Below, piece by piece: positions 1-8,199 of a DNA stretch of 37,377 nucleotides. The DNA lies in the IMG/VR virus record IMGVR_UViG_3300027715_000018, positions 1 through 37,377 of that record, one strand, 5' to 3'. The stretch is from a virus. Its lineage: Duplodnaviria > Caudoviricetes. Both the position numbers and the translations under genes were made by a program. The notes beneath the pieces were generated by a model. It worked only from the letters and a program-made list of their open reading frames with translations, did no database searches and had not been told where the DNA came from. Within the stretch, counting starts at the first letter, position 1, and every line of letters starts with the position of its first letter.

Positions 1-774
1 GTAGTAGGTTTTGGCTGGATCCAAGGCGATATCGGTTGTCAAAGCGTATGTGATTTTTGTGTCAACAGGGACGTTATCGTTGATTACAACCAACAAGCCG
101 TTAATATAACCGATCGGTAATGGTCGGGTAATACCCATGGGATCTGTGTATTTTGAATACTCAAGCATTTGCAGGTTGGCTAAACGTCCAGCCACAACCG
201 AGTGCATGATTGCCATAGCATATCCGCCAGCATTATCACCATTAGCTTTAACCATAGCGTCTCCGATTGTGGTTGCGCCAATTTTGTTTGCGTCAGTGGC
301 TGTACCGGTATTTGTTGCGATATCATACGTATGTGTTGAAAAATCAGCGTCATTAGCTACAAAAAGTGCCGATAACAGTTTCACAAGAGTTGACTGTTGT
401 TGTTTGATCCAATATTGTGCAACTCCCGAAATGATTTGAGACATCGGGTCAGCACCACTGTTGAAGTCTTTGATGAACGATTCCGCTTTCCAAGCTTTCA
501 TACGACCATAAACAACACCAGCATAGTAGCCGCCGGTTAATGCGTCATATGTGAAATCCGTAACACCGTTGTAATTCTGGGGATCACCACCAAGATTATC
601 GTAGAATGGCACGGTGAAATAATTGGATCCGTTTGAGATCAGAGTTTGAATTTCTGGGTCAAATGCGACAGCGCCGCTATTGATCATGTTTGTTTTGATG
701 ATGTCTGGTACTTGTTTCCAACTATAGTTGAAAATCTCTGCATCATATACTAATCCTAAATTTGTTCCTGGCAT
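1..774 (-). CDS. Major capsid protein, N-terminal part (SPP1 gp13-like); continues across the circular junction
   Basis: My translation from ATG at 774 reads MPGTNLGLVYDAEIFNYSWKQVPD...FTVPFYDNLGGDPQNYNG...GRMKAWKAESF...AIMHSVVAGRL...LDPAKTYY, open to base 1. It lies directly after the scaffold gene and is missing from the ORF track because it runs off the end. Confidence 0.92.
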   Translation of the reverse strand, partial: MPGTNLGLVYDAEIFNYSWKQVPDIIKTNMINSGAVAFDPEIQTLISNGSNYFTVPFYDNLGGDPQNYNGVTDFTYDALTGGYYAGVVYGRMKAWKAESFIKDFNSGADPMSQIISGVAQYWIKQQQSTLVKLLSALFVANDADFSTHTYDIATNTGTATDANKIGATTIGDAMVKANGDNAGGYAMAIMHSVVAGRLANLQMLEYSKYTDPMGITRPLPIGYINGLLVVINDNVPVDTKITYALTTDIALDPAKTYY

Positions 775-795
775 AGTTTTTATCCTCTATTTTCT

Positions 796-1407
796 TTAAA
801 TTTTTAGAAAACCCTCGACCAATTTTGGAGCTTTTTTCTTTAGGTCGATTTTTTCCTGTGTTGACATTTTGTCAAACATTTCTTTTGTTACACCCTTATC
901 ACCTTCGGTGTTTACATCAGGAGCTTTGATAATAGAAAGTTCTTTCTTGAGTTGAGCTTCAATCTCACTTCTGGTGTTTTTAAAAGTATCGATGAAGTTG
1001 TTGACGTTATTTGTTGTTGATTCAACGCTGTCAGAAACAAGAATGTCGATAAATTTGCTATAATCGTCTTTTTTGACACCTGCTTCTACGAATAAATTTT
1101 GGGCTTCAAGTCGATTAGCTCGTTTAGCGATTTCAGCTTCACGTTGCGCAATTTCTTTAAACTTTTCGTCAAATTCTTCTTTAGCTCGTTGTTCTGCTGT
1201 CATGTTGGCCTTTGTGATATACTCCTGTTCCCACTTAGAGCGTTGTGTTTCAACACCTTTTTTGATTCCAGTTTCTACTCGACGGTCAACTTCAGCTGTA
1301 ACCTTTTTATTGAGGTCTTCCTCTGTGAACAATCCAGCTTTAGCTTTAGCTTCAGCCTCAGCTACCAATGAATCAATTACCGCTTGTTGTTCTGGTGTAA
1401 ATTCCAT
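796..1407 (-). CDS. Capsid scaffolding protein (DUF4355-like)
   Basis: Charged helical protein (FTEEDLNKKVTAEVDRRV, MTAEQRAKEE) between portal and capsid genes. Start moved to ATG 1407 (MEFTPEQQ) because a GGAGGA RBS lies at 1418-1423. Confidence 0.85.
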   Translation of the reverse strand: MEFTPEQQAVIDSLVAEAEAKAKAGLFTEEDLNKKVTAEVDRRVETGIKKGVETQRSKWEQEYITKANMTAEQRAKEEFDEKFKEIAQREAEIAKRANRLEAQNLFVEAGVKKDDYSKFIDILVSDSVESTTNNVNNFIDTFKNTRSEIEAQLKKELSIIKAPDVNTEGDKGVTKEMFDKMSTQEKIDLKKKAPKLVEGFLKI

Positions 1408-1486
1408 AGTTTTTGTATCCTCCAATACCACAGTGATTTCGCGAATGGAACCCACTGTATTATTTCAAATTTGTTGTCATGTTGTT

Positions 1487-1517
1487 ATTATACACGGAAA
1501 GTCTCAAAAAATATCGG
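1487..1517 (-). promoter_or_regulatory. Putative late promoter CCGATA-N19-TATAAT (copy 1, head/tail operon)
   Basis: The same motif with identical 19-bp spacing occurs at 6537-6567, 14101-14131 and 30594-30624, each upstream of late genes. Confidence 0.75.
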
Positions 1518-1542
1518 TAAAAATCGAAATTTTTTATTTTTC

Positions 1543-1571
1543 TTGACAAATTTTGAGACTTATTGTATAAT
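1543..1571 (+). promoter_or_regulatory. Consensus sigma-A promoter antisense to the portal gene
   Basis: TTGACA (1543-1548), 17 bp, TATAAT (1566-1571), pointing into the 3' end of the minus-strand portal gene. Confidence 0.65.
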
Positions 1572-1578
1572 TGTTGGT

Positions 1579-3009
1579 TTATTCTGTGATTTGTTGGTCG
1601 TTGTCTTGTTTGATTTCGGTTTTTCCTGCAAACTGGTCACCCCAGAAAGCTTCACCACGAGCCATAAATTCGTTTTCATCTGAAACCAAATCAACAACAG
1701 TCAGGCAATCTGTTGGGCTTAGTGTTTTTGTGCCAATCAAATTCATGTAGCCCTGGGTCTTCACAATTAAATTGTTTGATTTGTTTCTACTGAACTTGAT
1801 ATCGATGTCTGTAAGTTTTAGAGGTTCCTTGTTGTTCAGGTTTAAGATGGATAGGATTACGCGAAGTGTTCGTTTTTCGGAAAGGGTGAACACAGACTCT
1901 TTGTTTCTAGCGATTATTTCTAAATTCGCCCAACCATCACGAAGTTCTACAGCCTGGCCGGTGTCACCACCGCCGCCACCTCGGTTATTTCGCGAAGGTA
2001 TTCCGATTATAGCGTACAATAATTCTTCCAATTCTTGTGAGTAGGCGCCTATTCCGGTTTGGTCTAGTGGGTTCGATATATTTCTGACATCAGACGGTGA
2101 TCCTGATGTGTTCTTCAACATAACAACACCTTTTTCGCGCATCTCGTCATAAGTTTCGGAGTCTATATCCGCGTTGAAAAAAACCAACAACGACTGAACC
2201 ATTTGGTCTATGTCGTCAAATCTACCACTGTGCAATTCGTTAATAGCGTCCATGACCATCAGAGCTAGTTCCCAGTCACCAACACGCCACTTATTATTAG
2301 GGTACTCGATTATCGGTAAACCGCCGACATCATATCGCGTTATTTCTGGTATGTTTTCAGAAGTCACAACACCATCGTTGTTTGACATTATTGTGTATTG
2401 TCCGACAGTTGTGTAAACGTGGTATCTGGTTCCGACGAGGTTGTCGTTTTCGTCGTAAACGTCATAATATGTTGCGGCTAATAGTGGTTTTTGTGAGATG
2501 TTGTTTTCGTATACGATAAACGTTGTTGCTGGATCCAAAGAACGATCTTCGAATGGCACCTCGTCAGAAAATTCACCGTCAGTATAGATTATCCGAAAAG
2601 CTGTACCGCAAATACTCTGATAGTCGCCAATCTCCTTATCGACGCTGGCCTTGTCTTCGTATTTGACGTAGCGGTTCAGATCATCAACCTGTTCCTGTTT
2701 GTTTGATTTTCCGTTTTGCACGTATTGGATTGGGGAGCCCAAAAAGTAACCGGTTATATCGCGTGTAGCCTGCTGGGCGTGGTTTATGACGATGGTGTTA
2801 TTTATTTCTGATCGGATGGGCTTTTCCTTGTCAAGAATCGGTTGTTGGCCAAGATAATAGTTCATTAGATAATCGATATCTAATTTGTTGGTGTTGTGTT
2901 TTGATCTAGCTGTGTTTATGGTTGCTGCTAAAATGTTTTTGTCAAAAAGATCCTCTGCGGTTGCGCTGCTAAGGATTACTTTTCGGCCGGTGTATATTTT
3001 TTCACTCAT
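1579..3009 (-). CDS. Portal protein (SPP1 gp6-like)
   Basis: 476 aa with YYLGQQPIL, NNTIVINHA, GYFLGSPIQY, PIIEYPNN and MDAINELHS motifs; directly downstream of terL. Confidence 0.93.
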   Translation of the reverse strand: MSEKIYTGRKVILSSATAEDLFDKNILAATINTARSKHNTNKLDIDYLMNYYLGQQPILDKEKPIRSEINNTIVINHAQQATRDITGYFLGSPIQYVQNGKSNKQEQVDDLNRYVKYEDKASVDKEIGDYQSICGTAFRIIYTDGEFSDEVPFEDRSLDPATTFIVYENNISQKPLLAATYYDVYDENDNLVGTRYHVYTTVGQYTIMSNNDGVVTSENIPEITRYDVGGLPIIEYPNNKWRVGDWELALMVMDAINELHSGRFDDIDQMVQSLLVFFNADIDSETYDEMREKGVVMLKNTSGSPSDVRNISNPLDQTGIGAYSQELEELLYAIIGIPSRNNRGGGGGDTGQAVELRDGWANLEIIARNKESVFTLSEKRTLRVILSILNLNNKEPLKLTDIDIKFSRNKSNNLIVKTQGYMNLIGTKTLSPTDCLTVVDLVSDENEFMARGEAFWGDQFAGKTEIKQDNDQQITE

Positions 3010-3024
3010 AGTTTTGTTTCCTTT

Positions 3025-5397
3025 CTACATTCCTAGTTTTTTGCGATCTAGTATTTTTACTTTATTTCCGGATAGGTTTTGGAATAGGTTTGCCAGCATA
3101 GCAAGACTATCTGGAGCATCATCGACTTGTTGTTTTGTTGTTTGTGACCAAGCGTAGACGTTGGCCATAAATTTCGCATATTCTGAGTTTTTTGAATATG
3201 TTGACGGATCCCTGAATATGAAAAATTTTGTGACGAAGTCAGCGTATGTTATTATTTTTGTATTTTTGTTTGATGATGTGAAGAATGTTCTAACACTTGC
3301 GTTACTTCCTAGTTTTTTGAGTTCTTTGTCTACATTTTCGGCATAAAAGCCACCACCATTATTCATCTCTATGTCACCACGAACAACTTTATGGTCATAC
3401 CATAGATCGGCTACTTTTTTTATGGTTACAGCCGGAAGACCGTTGTTGAAAACAACACCGTCAATATAAACAAAATCACCGTAAACATAACCGACTGGCG
3501 AAGCAACGAAATCCTTACCGGCACCCTTGCTATCACAAACAGCTATTATCGTGTCCGGCGGTTCGCTCGGTAATGTGAAATACGTCTGCATATCCGCTTC
3601 GTTGTACAAAAGACCTTCACGCTCTATCGGTTCACCCATATACGAAGCTTTGAATGACAAAGCGTCTGTCTTAGGATCCTTTTCCAAATCATGATAGAAT
3701 TTAGATGAAAAACCCCCAGGAAACGCAAAATTACTTTCACCAAACTCATCGTAAGCTGGAATTATGATCGATTTTGCACGAGGGTTATCTGCGTTGTTTG
3801 CGCGCAATTTGGTTATTGGATCATGGACACTCCATGGTGTGGCGAGGTGTATCTCCTTGCAACCCTCTTTCTTACGCTGTGTGAAGTCATTTGAATAAAG
3901 CGTCCACAGTTTATCAAGACGGCCCAAATTCATAGCTTCTTCACTACCCGAAACAAGGTCATCACAATATAAATATAGTTCGGCCTCGCAACGACCAGTT
4001 ACAGATCCACCAACAGGCGCAAAAGTTATCGATGGATACCGTTTCATAACCTTCAACCAAATCTCCTCACGCTTGGCATTCTGTGAGACCAATTTAGACT
4101 CTGGAAACACTTTGTTGTAATGTTCAGAACCTATTATTTCCATGGCGCCAAGGTAAAACGAACATGTTATTGCGTCAGAAAAAGCTGTAGCTAGTTGCGT
4201 TGATTCTGGGTGACGACCCATTATCCAGGATAAAAATCTAATACCCGTTGTTGTGTTGTGTGTTTGGGTGTATCCATCGGTTACGTACATATGTGTTGGG
4301 TTGTCAACGGAGATGCACCAACATTCTTCTAAACCACGAGGTTCAACAGCTTTTATGATGTTTCCGTGAATTTGGTTGAATGGTGTAAACCTTTTTATTT
4401 TATGCTCACAGTAAAATGGTGCTTCGAACAGGTTCCAGTACACCATCCAGAATTTAGTGTTTCTGCTTCTTTCCTGTCTTATTTTAGCTTGTCCGCCAAA
4501 AGATCGAACCAGCTCGCAAACACTTTCAGCCATCTCGTAGGACAACAGTTTCGCATCGTTCATAGATGTTCTGCCGACGCGTCCTGCACGGTCCATAATC
4601 CCCTTTAATAAATCTAGCCTGGACTCTTTGTCACAAAATAAATATCTATCAGGAATTGCTTTAAATGGAAATGCACCATCAGCAAAAGCTACACCCAACG
4701 AATACATGTCGTATTTTTCTAGGTCTATTGTGGTTGGATAATCCATAGGTTTAATTGGTGGGATTCTTAGTTTTAGGTTTGGGTTTTTTTCCATATATTC
4801 CATGATTTGTTTGGTGGTCATGATATGATGGTTGTGTGTGGTTCGTAATGGATTTCGGCAATCCTCAGTGGTTTTCACCTTCCATAGATGGTCGATACCA
4901 CAAGGAACACGTAAACCGTTATTAAAAACCAAATCGTAGGTTTGTTTGACCCCTTGCGGGAAGACACCGGTCACTCTGTGAATTTGTCCATCTTCACCCA
5001 TCACTTCCTGGCCGACGGTCATTTCTCCCATCGTCTTCCAACCGTATGGTGTTAGTATTTTTGCAGATAGTGGTTGTTCCTTTCCGGTACGTGGTGGCAT
5101 AGAAATCAAAAGAATGTCATATTTATCATGAATTTCCATGTCGTTAAAAGCTTCAAACATTTCTTTTAGGTGGTGTTGTCGATGGTGATAGAAACCTTTT
5201 TTGCTATCTGTTTTGTCATCGTCGAGCTCCAGGGCTTTATTGTATGTTATGAAGTCGTGTGGGCCGACAAGATACAGTACGTCTCTATACAAATCATAAA
5301 GAGTTGTTAATTTTGTCGGATCTTTCTCGATTGTTAACTCACGTTCGATGTTTGGGATTATTACTTTTGTGTACTGTTCTAGTTCTTGCATATTCAT
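3025..5397 (-). CDS. terL: Terminase large subunit containing an intein (about 515 aa after splicing)
   Basis: Walker A MPPRTGK/T is split by the intein. Walker B YLYCDD, ATPWSVHD coupling motif, nuclease motifs VCDSKG and DDAPDS. Confidence 0.93.
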   Translation of the reverse strand: MNMQELEQYTKVIIPNIERELTIEKDPTKLTTLYDLYRDVLYLVGPHDFITYNKALELDDDKTDSKKGFYHHRQHHLKEMFEAFNDMEIHDKYDILLISMPPRTGKEQPLSAKILTPYGWKTMGEMTVGQEVMGEDGQIHRVTGVFPQGVKQTYDLVFNNGLRVPCGIDHLWKVKTTEDCRNPLRTTHNHHIMTTKQIMEYMEKNPNLKLRIPPIKPMDYPTTIDLEKYDMYSLGVAFADGAFPFKAIPDRYLFCDKESRLDLLKGIMDRAGRVGRTSMNDAKLLSYEMAESVCELVRSFGGQAKIRQERSRNTKFWMVYWNLFEAPFYCEHKIKRFTPFNQIHGNIIKAVEPRGLEECWCISVDNPTHMYVTDGYTQTHNTTTGIRFLSWIMGRHPESTQLATAFSDAITCSFYLGAMEIIGSEHYNKVFPESKLVSQNAKREEIWLKVMKRYPSITFAPVGGSVTGRCEAELYLYCDDLVSGSEEAMNLGRLDKLWTLYSNDFTQRKKEGCKEIHLATPWSVHDPITKLRANNADNPRAKSIIIPAYDEFGESNFAFPGGFSSKFYHDLEKDPKTDALSFKASYMGEPIEREGLLYNEADMQTYFTLPSEPPDTIIAVCDSKGAGKDFVASPVGYVYGDFVYIDGVVFNNGLPAVTIKKVADLWYDHKVVRGDIEMNNGGGFYAENVDKELKKLGSNASVRTFFTSSNKNTKIITYADFVTKFFIFRDPSTYSKNSEYAKFMANVYAWSQTTKQQVDDAPDSLAMLANLFQNLSGNKVKILDRKKLGM
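4255..5079 (-). mobile_element. Intein (275 aa, class 3 WCT-type) with degenerate LAGLIDADG endonuclease
   Basis: Inserted between GK and T of Walker A. Starts EQPLSAKILTPYGW, block B CGIDHLW, block F ECWCISVD, ends TQTHN/T. Remnant endonuclease motifs LGVAFADG and LLKGIMDRAG. Confidence 0.9.
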
Positions 5398-5436
5398 TCG
5401 AATTTCCTCCTCTCTGTATAAAATTTTAAATAGTTT

Positions 5437-6204
5437 TTATAGATCCCAACACACCACCATGTGCTTTTCGGCACCTGACAACTTGATGATTGGTATGGCT
5501 TTTGATGATTGTGGCATGTACATTCCTCTTAAAGTGTATCCACCCAATTCCTGATAGCTTGGTACAACCACATGTACGAAATCCTTCAGTCTTACAACTT
5601 CGTTGTTTGGGTCTATAACAATCTTTGACGGTATCGATGAATCAGGAGAGTGTATGTGGCCAGTTATTAACACATCCATACCATCTATAGTGTACGAGAA
5701 TTTTTGAGTTTTTGTTTTACTTCCGCCGTGAGCTAGTACCAAATTATACGAACATTGTCGCTGCTTCGTTCTTGCTCCAACATTAACCTTAATGAAACAC
5801 ATATTTTTTCTGTAAACGTTACCAACACCTAACTTTTCCAAAACTTCGTAAAGTGGGTAAGAGTCGGTCATTATTGTTGATCGGTGTTCGTGGTTTCCCT
5901 GGACAGCACCAATAATCTTTTCTGTTAACGGGCTGAATTCATCTAGTAGGAATTCTTTCTGCTGGCGAGGTGATAGTGTTGCGTCATAACTGTTTGTGTG
6001 CGAGGATTTCAAACCGTTATCGATCATATCGCCGACCATAACAATTTTACCAAAAGGGTCAGACTCAACCATTTTTTTCCATCGCTTGAACGACTTCTTG
6101 TTGAAGTTTGGGCTGCCGATGTGTAAGTCTCCGATAGGGTAAATATTCACATATGGTTGAGTGTCTGGTAATTTGTGTGTAACTAGTTTAAAATCATCTT
6201 TCAT
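5437..6204 (-). CDS. Calcineurin-like metallophosphoesterase
   Basis: All five motifs are present: GDLHIG, GDMID, GNHE, AHG, GHIH. Confidence 0.9.
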   Translation of the reverse strand: MKDDFKLVTHKLPDTQPYVNIYPIGDLHIGSPNFNKKSFKRWKKMVESDPFGKIVMVGDMIDNGLKSSHTNSYDATLSPRQQKEFLLDEFSPLTEKIIGAVQGNHEHRSTIMTDSYPLYEVLEKLGVGNVYRKNMCFIKVNVGARTKQRQCSYNLVLAHGGSKTKTQKFSYTIDGMDVLITGHIHSPDSSIPSKIVIDPNNEVVRLKDFVHVVVPSYQELGGYTLRGMYMPQSSKAIPIIKLSGAEKHMVVCWDL

Positions 6205-6493
6205 TAGTTGTGCTCCTTAAATTTTTTATTATTGTGTTATTGATTTTGTTTTGTAGTTCTATGCAGTCGATATAAAGGTCCTGGCCTATCGTTCCTGCTA
6301 TGTCGTCTGGTTCAGTCCAGAAGCCCCAGGTGCCATTGTTCATACGAACGCGATAGCGACGAGAACCTTTAGCCATAAAACCTTCTAAAACAAAACGTTT
6401 GTCCATGAATATGGTTGTTAGTTGTTGTTTGTTTAGATTGTTGACCCACCCATAGTTACGGATGTAGATTGAATAAGGTTGGTTGTTGTTCAT
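6194..6493 (-). CDS. Small ChW (clostridial hydrophobic W) repeat-like protein
   Basis: YIRNYGWV and YRVRMNNGTWGFW...IAGTIGQDLYIDCIEL resemble the ChW repeats of this phage's endolysin (MAGVLGQSLRLEAIRF). Confidence 0.6.
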   Translation of the reverse strand: MNNNQPYSIYIRNYGWVNNLNKQQLTTIFMDKRFVLEGFMAKGSRRYRVRMNNGTWGFWTEPDDIAGTIGQDLYIDCIELQNKINNTIIKNLRSTTNER

Positions 6494-6536
6494 TTTGGAA
6501 CACCCTTCGCGTAATGTTATTTTGATACATATACTT

Positions 6537-6581
6537 ATTATACACTAAAAGTGCCTTAAATTATCGGAGAAATCCGATAAT
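6537..6581 (-). promoter_or_regulatory. Putative late promoter (copy 2, terL/portal operon) with perfect dyad
   Basis: CCGATA-N19-TATAAT. The upstream box is part of the dyad ATTATCGGA-GAAA-TCCGATAAT (6560-6581). Confidence 0.75.
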
Positions 6582-6603
6582 ATTTTATATCTTTTGGTAT
6601 ATG

Positions 6604-6650
6604 GTCGGGCTTGCGCCCGAATTGGATTTTATAATGTTTCACATAAAAAA
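6604..6650 (+). repeat. Dispersed hairpin motif, copy A
   Basis: TCGGGC-TTGC-GCCCGA followed 17 nt later by TTCACATAAAAAA. Related copies at 9168, 14147 and 14296 (minus). Confidence 0.7.
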
Positions 6651-6660
6651 TGGTGTGGCG

Positions 6661-7047
6661 TCTTACACTTTTTGTGTGAGTCTTACAGTTTTTCGATTAT
6701 GTTTTTAAAAGTGTAAGATGGTTTTTTCGCATCACAAAGCCATTCTTCACCAAATCTTACATTTCTTACACTTTTTTGGGCTAGAACTTTTTGTTTTTTA
6801 TTTCCTGTGATATTCTAATTTATATACTTTTTTTCTATTTTTCTTTAAAAAGTGTAAGAAAAAAGATAAGAATGGGATAAGAAAGCCATTTGGACGTCTT
6901 ACACTTTTTAGATTGTGATTAAAAAAGTGTAAGAAACATCAGCTGTTAATTCATCAAATATGGCATAATACAGCCATTTGGACGTCTTACACTTTTAGTG
7001 TGAGTTTTTGTGATAAAGTGTAAGAAAGTTTGTGAAAGTGTTAGAGA
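6661..7047. other. Putative replication origin 1 (iterons TCTTACAC/GTGTAAGA around an AT-rich core)
   Basis: About 10 iterons in both orientations (e.g. 6661, 6681, 6711, 6755, 6764, 6852, 6897, 6927, 6985, 7018), a T-rich core at about 6775-6850, and a 25-bp direct repeat AGCCATTTGGACGTCTTACACTTTT (6884, 6972). The layout is typical of P4/D5 primase-helicase origins. Confidence 0.7.
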
Positions 7048-7117
7048 ATTTTTGTGCAATCGGTTACATGTTAGAGCCAACTAACAAAAAATAATTTAAA
7101 ATTTTAATAAAAATGTG

Positions 7118-7146
7118 TTGACAATCACCACAACTTATGGTAAACT
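7118..7146 (+). promoter_or_regulatory. Sigma-A promoter
   Basis: TTGACA-N17-TAAACT with extended TGn, upstream of the 7183 ORF. Confidence 0.75.
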
Positions 7147-7182
7147 TAACTAAAGAATTCAATTATGGAGGTAAAAAACCTA

Positions 7183-7425
7183 ATGGTTACTGTTAAAACT
7201 AAATATTATACGCGAGGCCCGAAGGGTTGGATCAAACGATCAACTGAAACCAAACAAATCGAAAAACTAGAGTATGAAGCTTACCTAAAAACCTCAAACT
7301 TACTGAAAAGCTTGGGCTCAACCGAACGTAAGGTCAGTATCGAAAAACACACGACCAAAATAACGAGTGTGAGTCCAAACGGACGGGAAAAGCTGGAGTA
7401 TATTTTCAGTGGGTTTGTAGAATGA
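7183..7425 (+). CDS. Hypothetical basic protein
   Basis: GGAGGT RBS at 7167-7172 favours ATG 7183; the stop overlaps the next start (ATGA). Confidence 0.7.
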   Translation: MVTVKTKYYTRGPKGWIKRSTETKQIEKLEYEAYLKTSNLLKSLGSTERKVSIEKHTTKITSVSPNGREKLEYIFSGFVE

Positions 7426-7673
7426 TTGAACGTTTTGAGTTTTTGGTGTTTTTGAGACATTTAGAGAGATATGTGTCTATAGATGGCTCGGAGGTTGATT
7501 GTATTTTTTATGAGTATGTGGCGTGGTGTTGTCAACATCACACAAAACCAATGCTGCCAGAAAGATTCACAAATAAAATCAAGAAACACTTTGATGTCGA
7601 AGTTGTTGTTTCAAATGTTCGTAGGACTAACGGAAAACTAACCAAAACCTATAAACTTAATAAAAAACCCTAA
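7422..7673 (+). CDS. Stand-alone winged-helix protein resembling the C-terminal origin-binding domain of D5/P4 primase-helicases
   Basis: IFYEYVAWCCQHHTKPMLPERFTNKIKKHFDVE aligns by eye with VYIQYCSWCAANGIKSLSLGKLSRELKKHANVE at the end of 17494..19443. Confidence 0.7.
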   Translation: MIERFEFLVFLRHLERYVSIDGSEVDCIFYEYVAWCCQHHTKPMLPERFTNKIKKHFDVEVVVSNVRRTNGKLTKTYKLNKKP

Positions 7674-7693
7674 AATACCGGAGGAAAAACCTA

Positions 7694-7879
7694 ATGAACA
7701 AAATCAGCCAAACGGCCTGCATCAAATGCTTACACAATGACATGTGCGAGAATCGGTCAGATTTTGCCGAGTATTTGTACAGTGTGAATAAGTTCTGTGA
7801 TGGTATTTCGGGTTCACCGTGTGCGTCAAGGGTTGAAATTAACGTTGAGTGTGTGGACTTCATGGAAAGTGTTCGTTGA
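7694..7879 (+). CDS. Small Cys-rich hypothetical protein
   Basis: GGAGG RBS; CIKC-x5-C plus three further Cys. Confidence 0.65.
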   Translation: MNKISQTACIKCLHNDMCENRSDFAEYLYSVNKFCDGISGSPCASRVEINVECVDFMESVR

Positions 7880-8017
7880 TTTGAATCATTCTAAAATTGC
7901 GCTTTCAAAATTGCCCGGAGTTGCTGAGGGGTCCAACAAACCTATTGGTGATTTTCTATAATAGGGGTGGCCCCCCTACCTATAGCAATCTAACAACGCT
8001 GGCAAAAATCCAACAAC

Positions 8018-8088
8018 CTTAAAGCTTTCTTAAGTTTTTTAAAAGTTTAATGCGCGCTGTTTACTTTTGAAGACATCCGTGTTATACT
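8018..8088 (+). promoter_or_regulatory. Promoter with upstream CTTAA-N6-CTTAA direct repeat
   Basis: TTTACT-N17-TATACT (8060-8088) with TGn; CTTAA at 8018 and 8029. Confidence 0.6.
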
Positions 8089-8199
8089 ATATACAGAGGC
8101 AAGGGAAACACGCAAGCGAAGCGGATCCGGCCACTGATTCAAGCACCGGAAGACTCCGGCAGCTACATACGAGGAAGCCCCTCGAAGGAGATTAAAACG

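Noticed and set aside
1-8. 8-nt end overlap as a biological terminal repeat or att site
   Set aside because: It falls inside the capsid gene and is best explained as a circular-assembly overlap.
137-439. Plus-strand ORFs overlapping structural genes (also 1073..1546, 21471..21905, 28087..28536, 31844..32317 and similar)
   Set aside because: They are antisense shadows of well-supported minus-strand genes, with no RBS or motifs.
8130-8170. Hammerhead ribozyme in the early leader (CTGA followed by a hairpin)
   Set aside because: The core reads CTGATTCA rather than CTGAnGA, and no GAAA follows the stem.
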